The notes under the pieces were generated by a model that saw only the letters and a program-made list of their open reading frames with translations, did not search any database and had not been told where the DNA came from. The position numbers were made by a program, and so were the translations under genes. From an uncultured Opitutales bacterium (GTDB lineage Bacteria > Verrucomicrobiota > Verrucomicrobiia > Opitutales > Intestinicryptomonadaceae), in assembly GCA_934613415.1 (NCBI GenBank), contig CAKTSY010000004.1:180001-212000 (forward strand): 32,000 nucleotides of DNA, written 5' to 3'. The stretch's first letter is position 1. The number at the start of each line of letters is the position of its first letter. Positions 1 to 8,273 of this stretch are shown here, in pieces.

Positions 1-1467
1 CAAACCTTATACAACTTTAAAGTAGAGCTTCTCGACAAAGACGGAAAAGTTGTAGCCCAAAAAGAAGTCAACACGGGCTTAAGGACAATAGATTTAATTT
101 GCCAGCCTGTAGAAAAGGCGAAGAAAAACGGCGAATTCCGCTTTAAGGTAAACGGCCGCGATATTTACATTAAGGGCACAAATTGGGTTCCGGTAGACTC
201 CCTTCACAGCCGCGACAGCCAACTTATAAAGCCCGTGCTTGATATGCTGGTAGACACAAACTGCAATATGGTTCGCTGCTGGGGCGGCAATGTTTACGAA
301 TGCGACGAGTTTTTCGACTTTTGCGACAAAAACGGCATCTTGATTTGGCAGGACTTTGCAATGGGCTGCTCTATGACTCCCCAAAACGACGAATTTGCAA
401 AGGCAATAGAAAAAGAGGCAAAGGCAGTTGTTATAAGGTTGCGCAACCACCCGAGCTTGGCTCTTTGGTCGGGCAACAACGAAAACGATATGTTCATAAA
501 TTGGTCGCGCTTTAACGACCCGAATTCCGACAGGATAAGCCGCACGGTTTTGCCCCGCGTGATATTCGACTTCGACCCCTTTAGGCCCTATCTGCCCAGC
601 TCGCCCTACTATAGCCCCGAAGTATTTAAAGACCGCAAAAACTTTGCGCCTTCCGAAACCCACCTTTGGGGCGGTGCTCAATATATGGAAGCACCCTTCT
701 ATACAAACAGTTTGGCGCACTTTGTAAGCGAAATCGGCTACCACGGCTGCCCTAATATGGAAACGCTTAAAAAGATGTTCGGCGACAAAACGTATCCCTG
801 GGGCAAAAACGATTTTGAATGGAACGATTTTTGGCAGTTTAAGGTTGTGCAGCCTTTGCCCACTTCCAAGGCGTTTTCGCACCGCAATAAAATGATGCAC
901 AAAGAATTCAACATTTTCTTTGGCGACAAAACTCCAAGAGATTTGCAAACCTTTGTAGACGGCTCGCAAATTGTGCAGGCCGAAAGCCTAAAGCGTTTTG
1001 TTGAACTTTGGCGCAGCGAAAGACCGTACCGCACGGGTATTCTTTGGTGGAATATGCGCGACGGCTGGCCGGTAATTTCCGACGCGGTTGTAGACTACTA
1101 CAATTCCAAAAAATTGGCGTACTACTACCTTAAGCGTTCGCAGCAAGACCAGTTGGTGCTTATAAACCGCTTTAACGAACTGCTTGCCGTAAACGATTCT
1201 TTTGCCGACAAAAAGGGCAAGGCAAAGGTGTTCGACGTTGAAAGCGGCAAAGTTTTGTACGAAGGCGAATTTACAATACCCGCCAACGGCAGAGCCGTTT
1301 TAATGGCAAACCTGCCCAAGCCCGACGCCAAAGAAGGCATTATTCTTATAGAATATACCATTGAAGGACAATCTAAAAAGCTAAACCACTTTTTATACGG
1401 CAAGCCTCCATTTAGCCTCGAAAAATATATGGCGAATATGAAGGCTCTTAAAATTGACAGGCAATAA
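1..1467 (+). CDS. Glycoside hydrolase family 2, beta-mannosidase-like (5' end cut by window edge)
   Basis: Frame 1 is open from base 1 (QTLYNFKVELLDKDG...), upstream of the ORF-track Met at 235. Motifs: FKVNGRDIYIKGTNWVP, NMVRCWGGNVYE, WQDFAMGC, acid/base-type WSGNNEN and nucleophile-type FVSEIGYHG, as in GH2 beta-mannosidase/exo-glucosaminidase enzymes. Stop TAA at 1465-1467. Confidence 0.8.
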   Translation, partial: QTLYNFKVELLDKDGKVVAQKEVNTGLRTIDLICQPVEKAKKNGEFRFKVNGRDIYIKGTNWVPVDSLHSRDSQLIKPVLDMLVDTNCNMVRCWGGNVYECDEFFDFCDKNGILIWQDFAMGCSMTPQNDEFAKAIEKEAKAVVIRLRNHPSLALWSGNNENDMFINWSRFNDPNSDRISRTVLPRVIFDFDPFRPYLPSSPYYSPEVFKDRKNFAPSETHLWGGAQYMEAPFYTNSLAHFVSEIGYHGCPNMETLKKMFGDKTYPWGKNDFEWNDFWQFKVVQPLPTSKAFSHRNKMMHKEFNIFFGDKTPRDLQTFVDGSQIVQAESLKRFVELWRSERPYRTGILWWNMRDGWPVISDAVVDYYNSKKLAYYYLKRSQQDQLVLINRFNELLAVNDSFADKKGKAKVFDVESGKVLYEGEFTIPANGRAVLMANLPKPDAKEGIILIEYTIEGQSKKLNHFLYGKPPFSLEKYMANMKALKIDRQ

Positions 1468-1483
1468 AAAAAAGTCCATAAAG

Positions 1484-1519
1484 TACCCCGTTTAAACAAA
1501 ATGAACGGGGTATTTTTTA
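1484..1519 (+). terminator. Terminator-like hairpin with T-run that overlaps the start of the next CDS
   Basis: TACCCCG (1484-1490) pairs with CGGGGTA (1506-1512). The 15-nt loop contains ATG 1501-1503. TTTTTT follows at 1513-1518. Confidence 0.35.
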
Positions 1520-3117
1520 TATTGGGCGCGGGGCTTGGAACAAGGCTAAGTCCGCTTACGGCAAAACTTCCAAAGCCGCTTTTATATTTGCGCGGCAAAC
1601 GCGCAATAGAGCACATATTCGATACAGCAAAAAGTCTTGGTTTTAGCAGCGTTGTTGTAAATACCCACCACCTACCCGAAGAATACATTAAAGCGTATCC
1701 AAGCCATTCCCACAACGGTTTAAAATTGGAGTTTGTAAACGAGCCCGTTTTGCTAGACACGGGAGGCGCAATAAAAAACATCTTAAAAAAACACCCAAGC
1801 TGCGAGCGCATTTTAGTCCATAACGGCGATATTTTTTTTGACGGCAACCTAAAAGACTTTTGCGAAAAAAACAGCGACAAAAACGCCGCAAGCCTTTTGC
1901 TTTTAAACTCTGGCAAAAACAAAAACGTTTCGGTAAACGAAAACGAAGTTTCGGATATGCGCTTTGCGCTAAAAGCCCCACACAAAAGCACCGCGCAGTT
2001 TTCGGGCATATTTATTGCAAACAAAAAGTTTTTAGACTGCGCAAAGAATTTTAATGGCGAAATATTTTCCAGCGTAGACGTGTTTTTGCAGCTGCTAAAA
2101 AACGGCGAAAAGCTTGCCGCGTATTTTCCCGAACAACCCTATCAATGGGGCGACATAGGCACATTTGCAGACTATATTTGCGCACAAACCCCAAATATTT
2201 ACGCCGACAAAGAATTTTTCGACAATCTAAAAATTAAAAGCGTTTTTGTTGTACAAAAGGGAGCTTCCGACCGCAAATTCTTTATTTTAAAAACCGAAAA
2301 TAAAGATGTTATAGCCTGCGTATACTCGCCGCTTAAGCGCGAAAATTTATTGTACGAAAACATTGCAAAATACCTTTTAAAACACTCGGTTGCTGTGCCC
2401 GAAATTTTGTATTCCAACAAAAAAAACAACCTGCTTGTTATGGAAAGTGCGGGCAGCACCGACTTGTTGGACTTGTGCCGCAACAAGCACGAAAACTTTG
2501 TTCTTGAATGCTACAAATCGGTCGCCGACGAAATTGCGAAACTGCACAAAATAGACTTTACAAAAAGCGAGCCGCCAGAATTGGCGGAAAGATTTTCGCA
2601 AAAGCTGTATAAGTGGGAACAAAACTATTTTACTGAAAACCTTGTAGAAAAATATTTCGGGCTTAACCCCATAGTTTCGGAAAGCGAGTTGCAAGATTTA
2701 ATAAACACCCTTTTGGCGGAAAAACCTGCACTTATACACCGCGACTTACAATCGCAAAATATTATGCAGCAAAACTGCTCGTTTAAATTTATAGACTTTC
2801 AGGGAATGCGCATTGGCTGCAAATACTACGACATTGCCTCTCTTGTTTTCGACCCCTACCCTAATTTCGACACAAGTTTGAGGGAAAAAATTGCAAATTT
2901 GTTCGAAATCGAAAACAAAAACGTATTTTATATGGCTGCCTGCCAAAGACTAATGCAGGCGTTGGGAGCGTATGCATTTTTGTCGAAAAGCAAGGGCAAA
3001 ACCGAGTACGAAAAATTTATACCCAAATCATTGCCAATGCTTTTATATTGCGCAGAAAAAGCGGGTTTGCCCTCCTTAAAAGAACAGTGCAAAAGCTGCA
3101 TTAATTTGCTTAAATAA
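1501..3117 (+). CDS. Bifunctional sugar-1-phosphate nucleotidyltransferase / anomeric sugar kinase (MurU-like N-terminal half fused to AmgK-like C-terminal half)
   Basis: Uninterrupted 538-aa ORF. N-terminal NTP-transferase signatures: ILGAGLGTRLSPLTAKLPKPLL, LLDTGGAI, HNGDIFFD. C-terminal kinase-fold signatures: LIHRDLQSQNIM and IDFQGMRIGCKYYDIASLVFDPY, resembling AmgK-type kinases. Confidence 0.7.
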   Translation: MNGVFFILGAGLGTRLSPLTAKLPKPLLYLRGKRAIEHIFDTAKSLGFSSVVVNTHHLPEEYIKAYPSHSHNGLKLEFVNEPVLLDTGGAIKNILKKHPSCERILVHNGDIFFDGNLKDFCEKNSDKNAASLLLLNSGKNKNVSVNENEVSDMRFALKAPHKSTAQFSGIFIANKKFLDCAKNFNGEIFSSVDVFLQLLKNGEKLAAYFPEQPYQWGDIGTFADYICAQTPNIYADKEFFDNLKIKSVFVVQKGASDRKFFILKTENKDVIACVYSPLKRENLLYENIAKYLLKHSVAVPEILYSNKKNNLLVMESAGSTDLLDLCRNKHENFVLECYKSVADEIAKLHKIDFTKSEPPELAERFSQKLYKWEQNYFTENLVEKYFGLNPIVSESELQDLINTLLAEKPALIHRDLQSQNIMQQNCSFKFIDFQGMRIGCKYYDIASLVFDPYPNFDTSLREKIANLFEIENKNVFYMAACQRLMQALGAYAFLSKSKGKTEYEKFIPKSLPMLLYCAEKAGLPSLKEQCKSCINLLK

Positions 3118-3246
3118 ACTTCTGTAATTTTTGCATTTGCCACGCACTAAAACGCGCTTTTTGCTACACTTTTGTGCTTCGATTTAAAAAATTTTATACA
3201 AAATTGTAATTTTTGTCGAAAATGCGGCAGTTTAAAAAAAATGCCT

Positions 3247-3275
3247 TTGACACAGCTATTTAGCGGTAAAAATAT
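3247..3275 (+). promoter_or_regulatory. Candidate sigma70-type promoter for gdhA
   Basis: Perfect TTGACA (3247-3252), 17-nt spacer, weak -10 AAATAT (3270-3275). GGAAGG ribosome-binding motif at 3304-3309, ahead of ATG 3319. Confidence 0.3.
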
Positions 3276-3318
3276 CTTGACCATATTTCAAACCAAATAA
3301 ACGGAAGGTAATAAACAA

Positions 3319-4662
3319 ATGAATAAATATGTAGAAAGCGTCCTTAACGACCTCACTGCAAAACAGCCTTGGGAAAAAGAATTCCTTCAGGCGGTAAAAG
3401 AAGTATTCTCTTCTCTTAGCAGCGTATTGGACAAGGAAAAGAAATATCAAAAGAACAAGATTCTCGAAAGAATGGTTGTTCCCGAAAGAGTAATTCTCTT
3501 CCAAGTTCCCTGGGTAGACGACAAAGGCGTTATCCAAGTAAACCAAGGCTATAGAATTCAATTCAACAGCGCAATAGGTCCCTACAAGGGCGGTTTAAGG
3601 TTTCACCCTTCCGTAAATTTGAGCATACTCAAATTCTTGGGTTTTGAACAGACTTTCAAAAACTCGCTTACAACCCTCCCCATGGGCGGCGGCAAAGGCG
3701 GCGCAAACTTCGACCCCAAAGGCAAGTCCGACGTTGAAATTATGCGTTTCTGCCAAAGCTTTATGCGCGAATTGTACCGCCACATCGGCCCCGACACCGA
3801 CGTTCCCGCAGGCGATATCGGCGTAGGCGGCAGGGAAATCGGCTATTTATTCGGACAATACAAAAAGATTGTAAACGCACACCAAAGCGTTCTTACTGGC
3901 AAGGCTCTAAACTGGGGCGGCAGCCTTATTCGTCCCGAAGCGACGGGCTACGGCAATGTATACTTCTGCCAAGAAATGCTTGCAACCAAGGGCGACTCGC
4001 TCGAAGGCAAGAACGTATTGGTATCGGGCTCGGGCAACGTTGCTCAATACACTGTAGAAAAAGCATTGCAGTGCGGAGCCAAGGTTCTAACAATGTCCGA
4101 CTCGAACGGCACTATCTTCGAAAAAGACGGTATTACCCAGGAAAAGTTGGAATGGGTAAAGAACCTAAAGAACGTAAAGCGCGGCAGAATTGCAGAATAC
4201 GCAAAGAAATTCAAGAGCGCAAAATACTTCGAAGGAAAAAGGCCTTGGGGCATTGCAAAAGCCCAAGTTGCGCTTCCCTCGGCAACTCAAAACGAAATCG
4301 ACGGCAAAAACGCAAAAGACCTTATCAAGAACGGTTGTATCTGCGTTTCGGAAGGTGCTAATATGCCCTCTACCCCCGAAGCTATCGACGTTTATATGTC
4401 GGCAAAAATCCTCTACGCTCCCGGCAAGGCTTCGAATGCAGGCGGTGTTGCAACTTCCGGTTTGGAAATGTCGCAAAATGCTATGCGCTTGAACTGGACT
4501 TCCGAAGAAGTAGACCAAAAGTTGCACGGCATTATGAAGTCGATTCACAAAGCCGCTATGGAAGCTGCCGAAGAATACGGCACACCCGGCAACTATATGA
4601 ACGGCGCAAACATTGCAGGCTTTAAGAAGGTTGCAGACTCGATGATAGACCAAGGCATATAA
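3319..4662 (+). CDS. gdhA: NADP-specific glutamate dehydrogenase
   Basis: 447 aa, the same length class as E. coli GdhA. Motifs: GPYKGGLRFHPSVNLSILKFLGFEQTFKNSLTTLPMGGGKGG (catalytic Lys region) and dinucleotide fold VLVSGSGNVAQY. Confidence 0.95.
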   Translation: MNKYVESVLNDLTAKQPWEKEFLQAVKEVFSSLSSVLDKEKKYQKNKILERMVVPERVILFQVPWVDDKGVIQVNQGYRIQFNSAIGPYKGGLRFHPSVNLSILKFLGFEQTFKNSLTTLPMGGGKGGANFDPKGKSDVEIMRFCQSFMRELYRHIGPDTDVPAGDIGVGGREIGYLFGQYKKIVNAHQSVLTGKALNWGGSLIRPEATGYGNVYFCQEMLATKGDSLEGKNVLVSGSGNVAQYTVEKALQCGAKVLTMSDSNGTIFEKDGITQEKLEWVKNLKNVKRGRIAEYAKKFKSAKYFEGKRPWGIAKAQVALPSATQNEIDGKNAKDLIKNGCICVSEGANMPSTPEAIDVYMSAKILYAPGKASNAGGVATSGLEMSQNAMRLNWTSEEVDQKLHGIMKSIHKAAMEAAEEYGTPGNYMNGANIAGFKKVADSMIDQGI

Positions 4663-4694
4663 TTGCCTTAAGCTATCGTTAAAAGCATTTTTAC

Positions 4695-4722
4695 AAACCC
4701 CCGAAAATTCGGGGGTTTTTTG
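4695..4722 (+). terminator. Rho-independent terminator of gdhA
   Basis: CCCCCGAA (4698-4705) pairs with TTCGGGGG (4708-4715) around a 2-nt loop; TTTTTT follows. Confidence 0.85.
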
Positions 4723-4855
4723 CGTTTTGGGCAAAGGCATACATTTTAAGCACGCAAAAAACACCTTAAAAAAGCGGCTTTGCCCTCTTTTATTTTGAAA
4801 CTTTTATTTTAAATCGGCGTTTATATTATATGTTTTTTTAGGGGAGCGAAAAAAC

Positions 4856-4883
4856 TTGAAGACGGCAAAAACGCCATTAGTAT
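4856..4883 (+). promoter_or_regulatory. Candidate promoter of the efflux operon
   Basis: TTGAAG (4856-4861), 16-nt spacer, TAGTAT (4878-4883), about 35 nt upstream of ATG 4918. Confidence 0.3.
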
Positions 4884-4917
4884 TTTTTGCGACCTTTAAT
4901 ATTTACATACTTACACA

Positions 4918-6189
4918 ATGAAAAAGCGTTCAAAAAAAATACTAGCAGCCGCAGTCGTGCTTATTGCATCAGCGGGACTATTCTTTGCCTTTTACAATTC
5001 CGACAAGGAAGACTATGCGTTTAAAACCGCTTCGGTTGAAACGGGCAATATGACGGTTTATGTAGACGCCACAGGCACTATAGAGCCCGAAGACTTAGTA
5101 GACGTTGGCGCGCGCGTTTCGGGCGAAATTGTCTCGTTCGGGAAAGATAAAAACGGAAAAGAGATAGACTATAGCTCTACCGTTCGCGAAGGCGACGTTT
5201 TGGCGTTGATAGACAACACCATTCCGCAGTCGAATATGCTTTCGGTTAAAGCGCAGCTTCAGGCTGCAAAGGCAAAGCTGGCCCAGGCAAAAGCCTCGCT
5301 AAAGCTAAACCAAACAAAGCTTGCCCAAGCCGAGCGCAACTGGAACCGAGCAAAAAAACTGGGAGTAAGCGAAGCCCTTTCGCAGTCGGCATACGACAAC
5401 TACCTTTCGCAATGGGAGCAGGCAACCGCCCAAATAGATGTAACAAAAGCCGAAATACTGTCGGCCGAAGCCGACATTGCCAAAGCCCAGGCAAGCGTAA
5501 GCGAAGCCCAACGCAATTTAGACTACTGCACAATTAAAGCCCCCGTAAACGGCGTGGTTATAGACCGCAAGGTTAACGTGGGCCAAACTGTAGTTTCGAG
5601 CATGAGCGCAAGCAGCCTGTTTTTGATTGCAAAAGACCTTTCTAAAATGGAGGTTTGGGCATCGGTAAACGAAGCCGACATTGCCTCGATTTTTGTGGGG
5701 CAAAACGTGGTCTTTACGGTAGACGGCCTGCCAAACCAAACATTTTCGGGAACGGTAAATAAAATAAGGCTTAACGCCACAATGAGCCAAAACGTTGTCA
5801 CCTACATTGTAGAAGTTACAACCTCGAACAAAGACGGCAAGCTTTTGCCCTATATGACGGCAAATTTAAAGTTTGAAGTAAACTCGCTTAAAAATGCAAA
5901 AATTGTTCCGAACTCCGTATTTTTGTGGAACCCCGAAGGCAAAGCGCAACAAGCCGACAAAGACGGCAAAAAGGAATTGTGGGTATTGTCAGACGACGGC
6001 TCAATATATGCCGTAAAGGTAAAATGCCTGCTAGACAACAGCGCGCAAACGGCAATAGAAAGCCCCGAACTTAATGCGGGCGACAAGATTATTTACGGAG
6101 TAGAAACCCTTGCCGAACAAAAGAAGATGGCGGCCACCCCCTTTGTGCCGAAAATGCCAAAACGCATAAAAAATTCCGCAAAAAGGTAA
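4918..6189 (+). CDS. Periplasmic adaptor (membrane fusion protein), HlyD/MacA-like
   Basis: N-terminal membrane anchor MKKRSKKILAAAVVLIASAGLFFAF. Long Ala/Gln-rich coiled-coil hairpin (QLQAAKAKLAQAKASLKLNQTKLAQAERN...). Barrel motifs: YCTIKAPVNGVVIDRKVNVGQTV. First gene of a four-gene efflux operon. Confidence 0.85.
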   Translation: MKKRSKKILAAAVVLIASAGLFFAFYNSDKEDYAFKTASVETGNMTVYVDATGTIEPEDLVDVGARVSGEIVSFGKDKNGKEIDYSSTVREGDVLALIDNTIPQSNMLSVKAQLQAAKAKLAQAKASLKLNQTKLAQAERNWNRAKKLGVSEALSQSAYDNYLSQWEQATAQIDVTKAEILSAEADIAKAQASVSEAQRNLDYCTIKAPVNGVVIDRKVNVGQTVVSSMSASSLFLIAKDLSKMEVWASVNEADIASIFVGQNVVFTVDGLPNQTFSGTVNKIRLNATMSQNVVTYIVEVTTSNKDGKLLPYMTANLKFEVNSLKNAKIVPNSVFLWNPEGKAQQADKDGKKELWVLSDDGSIYAVKVKCLLDNSAQTAIESPELNAGDKIIYGVETLAEQKKMAATPFVPKMPKRIKNSAKR

Positions 6190-6207
6190 TTGCTAAACGG
6201 CAAAAAA

Positions 6208-6915
6208 ATGGAACTTATAAAGCTTACAGATTTGAAAAAAACCTATTTTATGGGCGACATTTCGCTGCCCGTATTAAAGGGCATAAACCTTGATGTAGAC
6301 CGCGGCGAAATGGTTGCCCTTACGGGCGTTTCGGGCTCGGGCAAAAGCACGCTTATGAATATTTTGGGCTGTTTGGACAGGCCTACAAGCGGCTCGTATA
6401 TGCTCGACGGCGCCGAAATTTCGAACCTAGACAACGACGGGCGCGCCGACATTCGCAACCGCAAAATAGGCTTTGTTTTTCAGAACTTTAATTTGCTTGC
6501 CAGAACAACCGCTTTGGAAAACGTGCTTATGCCGCTCGAATATTCGCACCTGCGCCTAAGCGAAAGCGAGGCGATAGAAAAAGGCAAAGAGCTTTTAAAA
6601 ATGGTGGGGCTTCAAGACCGAATGAACCACGAGCCCTCGCGCCTTTCGGGCGGCCAACAGCAAAGGGTTGCCATTGCCCGCGCCCTTATAAACGACCCTA
6701 AAATTTTGTTTGCCGACGAACCCACCGGCAATCTCGACTCGAAAATGAGCGAGGAAATTTTGGATATGTTCCGCCGCATAAACGAGCGCGACAAAGTAAC
6801 CATTATTTTGGTAACTCACGAACCCGACATTGCTCAAATGGCAAAGCGTGTTGTTAAACTAAAAGACGGCGCAATTTGCGACGACTACCTTACAAACAAG
6901 CAAAGCGCGCTATGA
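6208..6915 (+). CDS. ABC transporter ATP-binding protein, MacB/LolD-type
   Basis: Walker A GVSGSGKST, signature LSGGQQQRVAIARAL, Walker B ILFADEPTGNLD, H-loop LVTHE. The ORF-track start is TTG 6190, directly after the upstream stop. ATG 6208 (MELIKLTDLKKTY) fits the family N-terminus better. Confidence 0.9.
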   Translation: MELIKLTDLKKTYFMGDISLPVLKGINLDVDRGEMVALTGVSGSGKSTLMNILGCLDRPTSGSYMLDGAEISNLDNDGRADIRNRKIGFVFQNFNLLARTTALENVLMPLEYSHLRLSESEAIEKGKELLKMVGLQDRMNHEPSRLSGGQQQRVAIARALINDPKILFADEPTGNLDSKMSEEILDMFRRINERDKVTIILVTHEPDIAQMAKRVVKLKDGAICDDYLTNKQSAL

Positions 6916-8273
6916 AAAATCTTAAAACAGTTAAATCGGCAATAAAGTCGATTTGCAGAAACCCAACAAGGACATTTCTTACCACTCTTGGCATAATAAT
7001 AGGCATAGGCGCAGTTATTGCCCTTATGGAAATAGGCAACGGCGCGCAGGTTTCGCTAAGCCAGAATATGGAGACAATGGGCGTAAACAACATAAACATT
7101 ATGCCAGGCCGCAGCACAAAAGGCGGCGTAAATTCGGGCGCGGGCGCACGCGTAAACCTAACCTACAAGAACGTCGAAACCATACGCCAAAAGGCGAAAT
7201 ACGTCTCGAAAGTTTCGCCCAACGTTTCGGTTAGGGGGCAGATTATCTACAAAAACAAAAACTGGAATCCCGCCTCGGCAATAAACGGCGTAAATACCGA
7301 CTTTTTTGAAATCGCAAACTGGAAGATAGACCGCGGAGTATTCTTTACAAACGAAATGGTGCAAAGGGGCGCAAAGGTGTGCCTTATAGGGCAAACGGTT
7401 GTAAACGAGCTTTTCGGCAGCGAAGACCCAATAGGCAAAGACATTCGCGTACAAAACGTAAACTTTAAGGTTATAGGCACGTTAAAGGCCAAGGGGGCAA
7501 ATATGATGGGTTTCGACCAAGACGATACCGTTATTATGCCGTGGACAACCGTAAAGGCGCGCCTTAAGGGCGCGGGGCAAAGCTCTATAAGCGCGGCAAG
7601 CGTAGCCTCTACAACAAGCACAACCAGCACCAGCAGCACGTCCGACATCTATACCGGCGGCACTACAATATACGCGCCAAAAACGGGGGCATCGCTGCCG
7701 CCCGTGCGCTTCCAAAATGTAGACAGAATTTCGGCGTCGGCAATTTCAACTAAGCATATAAACGACGCAGTAAAGGAAATAGGCCTTATTTTGCGCGAAG
7801 AGCACGGCCTTTCGATAAACGAAGACGACGACTTTTTTATCCGCACCCTCGCAGAATTTTACGAAATACTAAATTCGTCTACAAAGACAATGACAAACCT
7901 GCTTATTTGCGTTGCGTTTATTTCGCTTATTGTAGGAGGGGTAGGCATAATGAACATAATGCTTGTTTCGGTTACCGAAAGAACCAGGGAAATAGGCCTT
8001 AGAATGGCGGTTGGCGCAAAGAAAAGCGACATACTGCGCCAGTTTTTGATAGAGTCGGTTGTAATCTGCATGGTAGGCGGCGCAATAGGAATTTTGGCTG
8101 GGCACACAACAAGCTTAATAATTTCCAAAGTAATGAATTGGCCTTCGGCAATTTCGTATAGCGCAATATTTTTGGCGGTGGGCGTTTCGGTTTTGGTAGG
8201 CGTTTTGTTCGGCTACTACCCCGCGTGGAAAGCCGCCCGTTTAGATCCAATAGAAGCTTTAAGATATGAATAA
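6912..8273 (+). CDS. ABC transporter permease, MacB-type (periplasmic domain + FtsX-like TM bundle)
   Basis: TM1 is TFLTTLGIIIGIGAVIALMEI, followed by a ~270-aa extracytoplasmic domain and three C-terminal TM helices, ending in the typical YPAWKAARLDPIEALRYE tail. ATG 6912 overlaps the ATPase stop (ATGA). The ORF-track start at 6876 lies inside the upstream gene. Confidence 0.9.
   Translation: MKNLKTVKSAIKSICRNPTRTFLTTLGIIIGIGAVIALMEIGNGAQVSLSQNMETMGVNNINIMPGRSTKGGVNSGAGARVNLTYKNVETIRQKAKYVSKVSPNVSVRGQIIYKNKNWNPASAINGVNTDFFEIANWKIDRGVFFTNEMVQRGAKVCLIGQTVVNELFGSEDPIGKDIRVQNVNFKVIGTLKAKGANMMGFDQDDTVIMPWTTVKARLKGAGQSSISAASVASTTSTTSTSSTSDIYTGGTTIYAPKTGASLPPVRFQNVDRISASAISTKHINDAVKEIGLILREEHGLSINEDDDFFIRTLAEFYEILNSSTKTMTNLLICVAFISLIVGGVGIMNIMLVSVTERTREIGLRMAVGAKKSDILRQFLIESVVICMVGGAIGILAGHTTSLIISKVMNWPSAISYSAIFLAVGVSVLVGVLFGYYPAWKAARLDPIEALRYE

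Noticed and set aside
94-969. Long antisense or alternative-frame ORFs. Examples: 94-969 (-), 1125-2024 (-), 4165-4764 (-), 9882-10445 (-), 14905-15582 (+), 22668-23180 (-), 26300-26812 (-).
   Set aside because: Each lies entirely inside a gene with strong family motifs on the other strand or frame. Their translations are low-complexity or Arg/Lys/Phe-rich with no recognisable motifs. This is typical of shadow ORFs produced by the codon bias of the real genes.
3118-3318. The 200-nt region upstream of gdhA, considered as a possible nitrogen-related riboswitch or sRNA.
   Set aside because: It is AT-rich with no convincing helices or conserved-looking motifs. It is adequately explained by a promoter plus a short leader.
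4071-4492. Same-strand Lys/Arg-rich ORFs (96 and 100 aa) inside gdhA.
   Set aside because: They are frame-shifted readings of the A-rich gdhA codons. They have no start context, and gdhA is intact and collinear with its family.
6190-6207. ORF-track N-terminal extensions: TTG 6190, 6876, TTG 9789, 15895, 28587 and TTG 31961.
   Set aside because: The extensions overlap upstream genes or promoter elements, or in the case of 31961 represent an internal codon of an edge-truncated gene. Downstream ATGs give family-typical N-termini or signal peptides.
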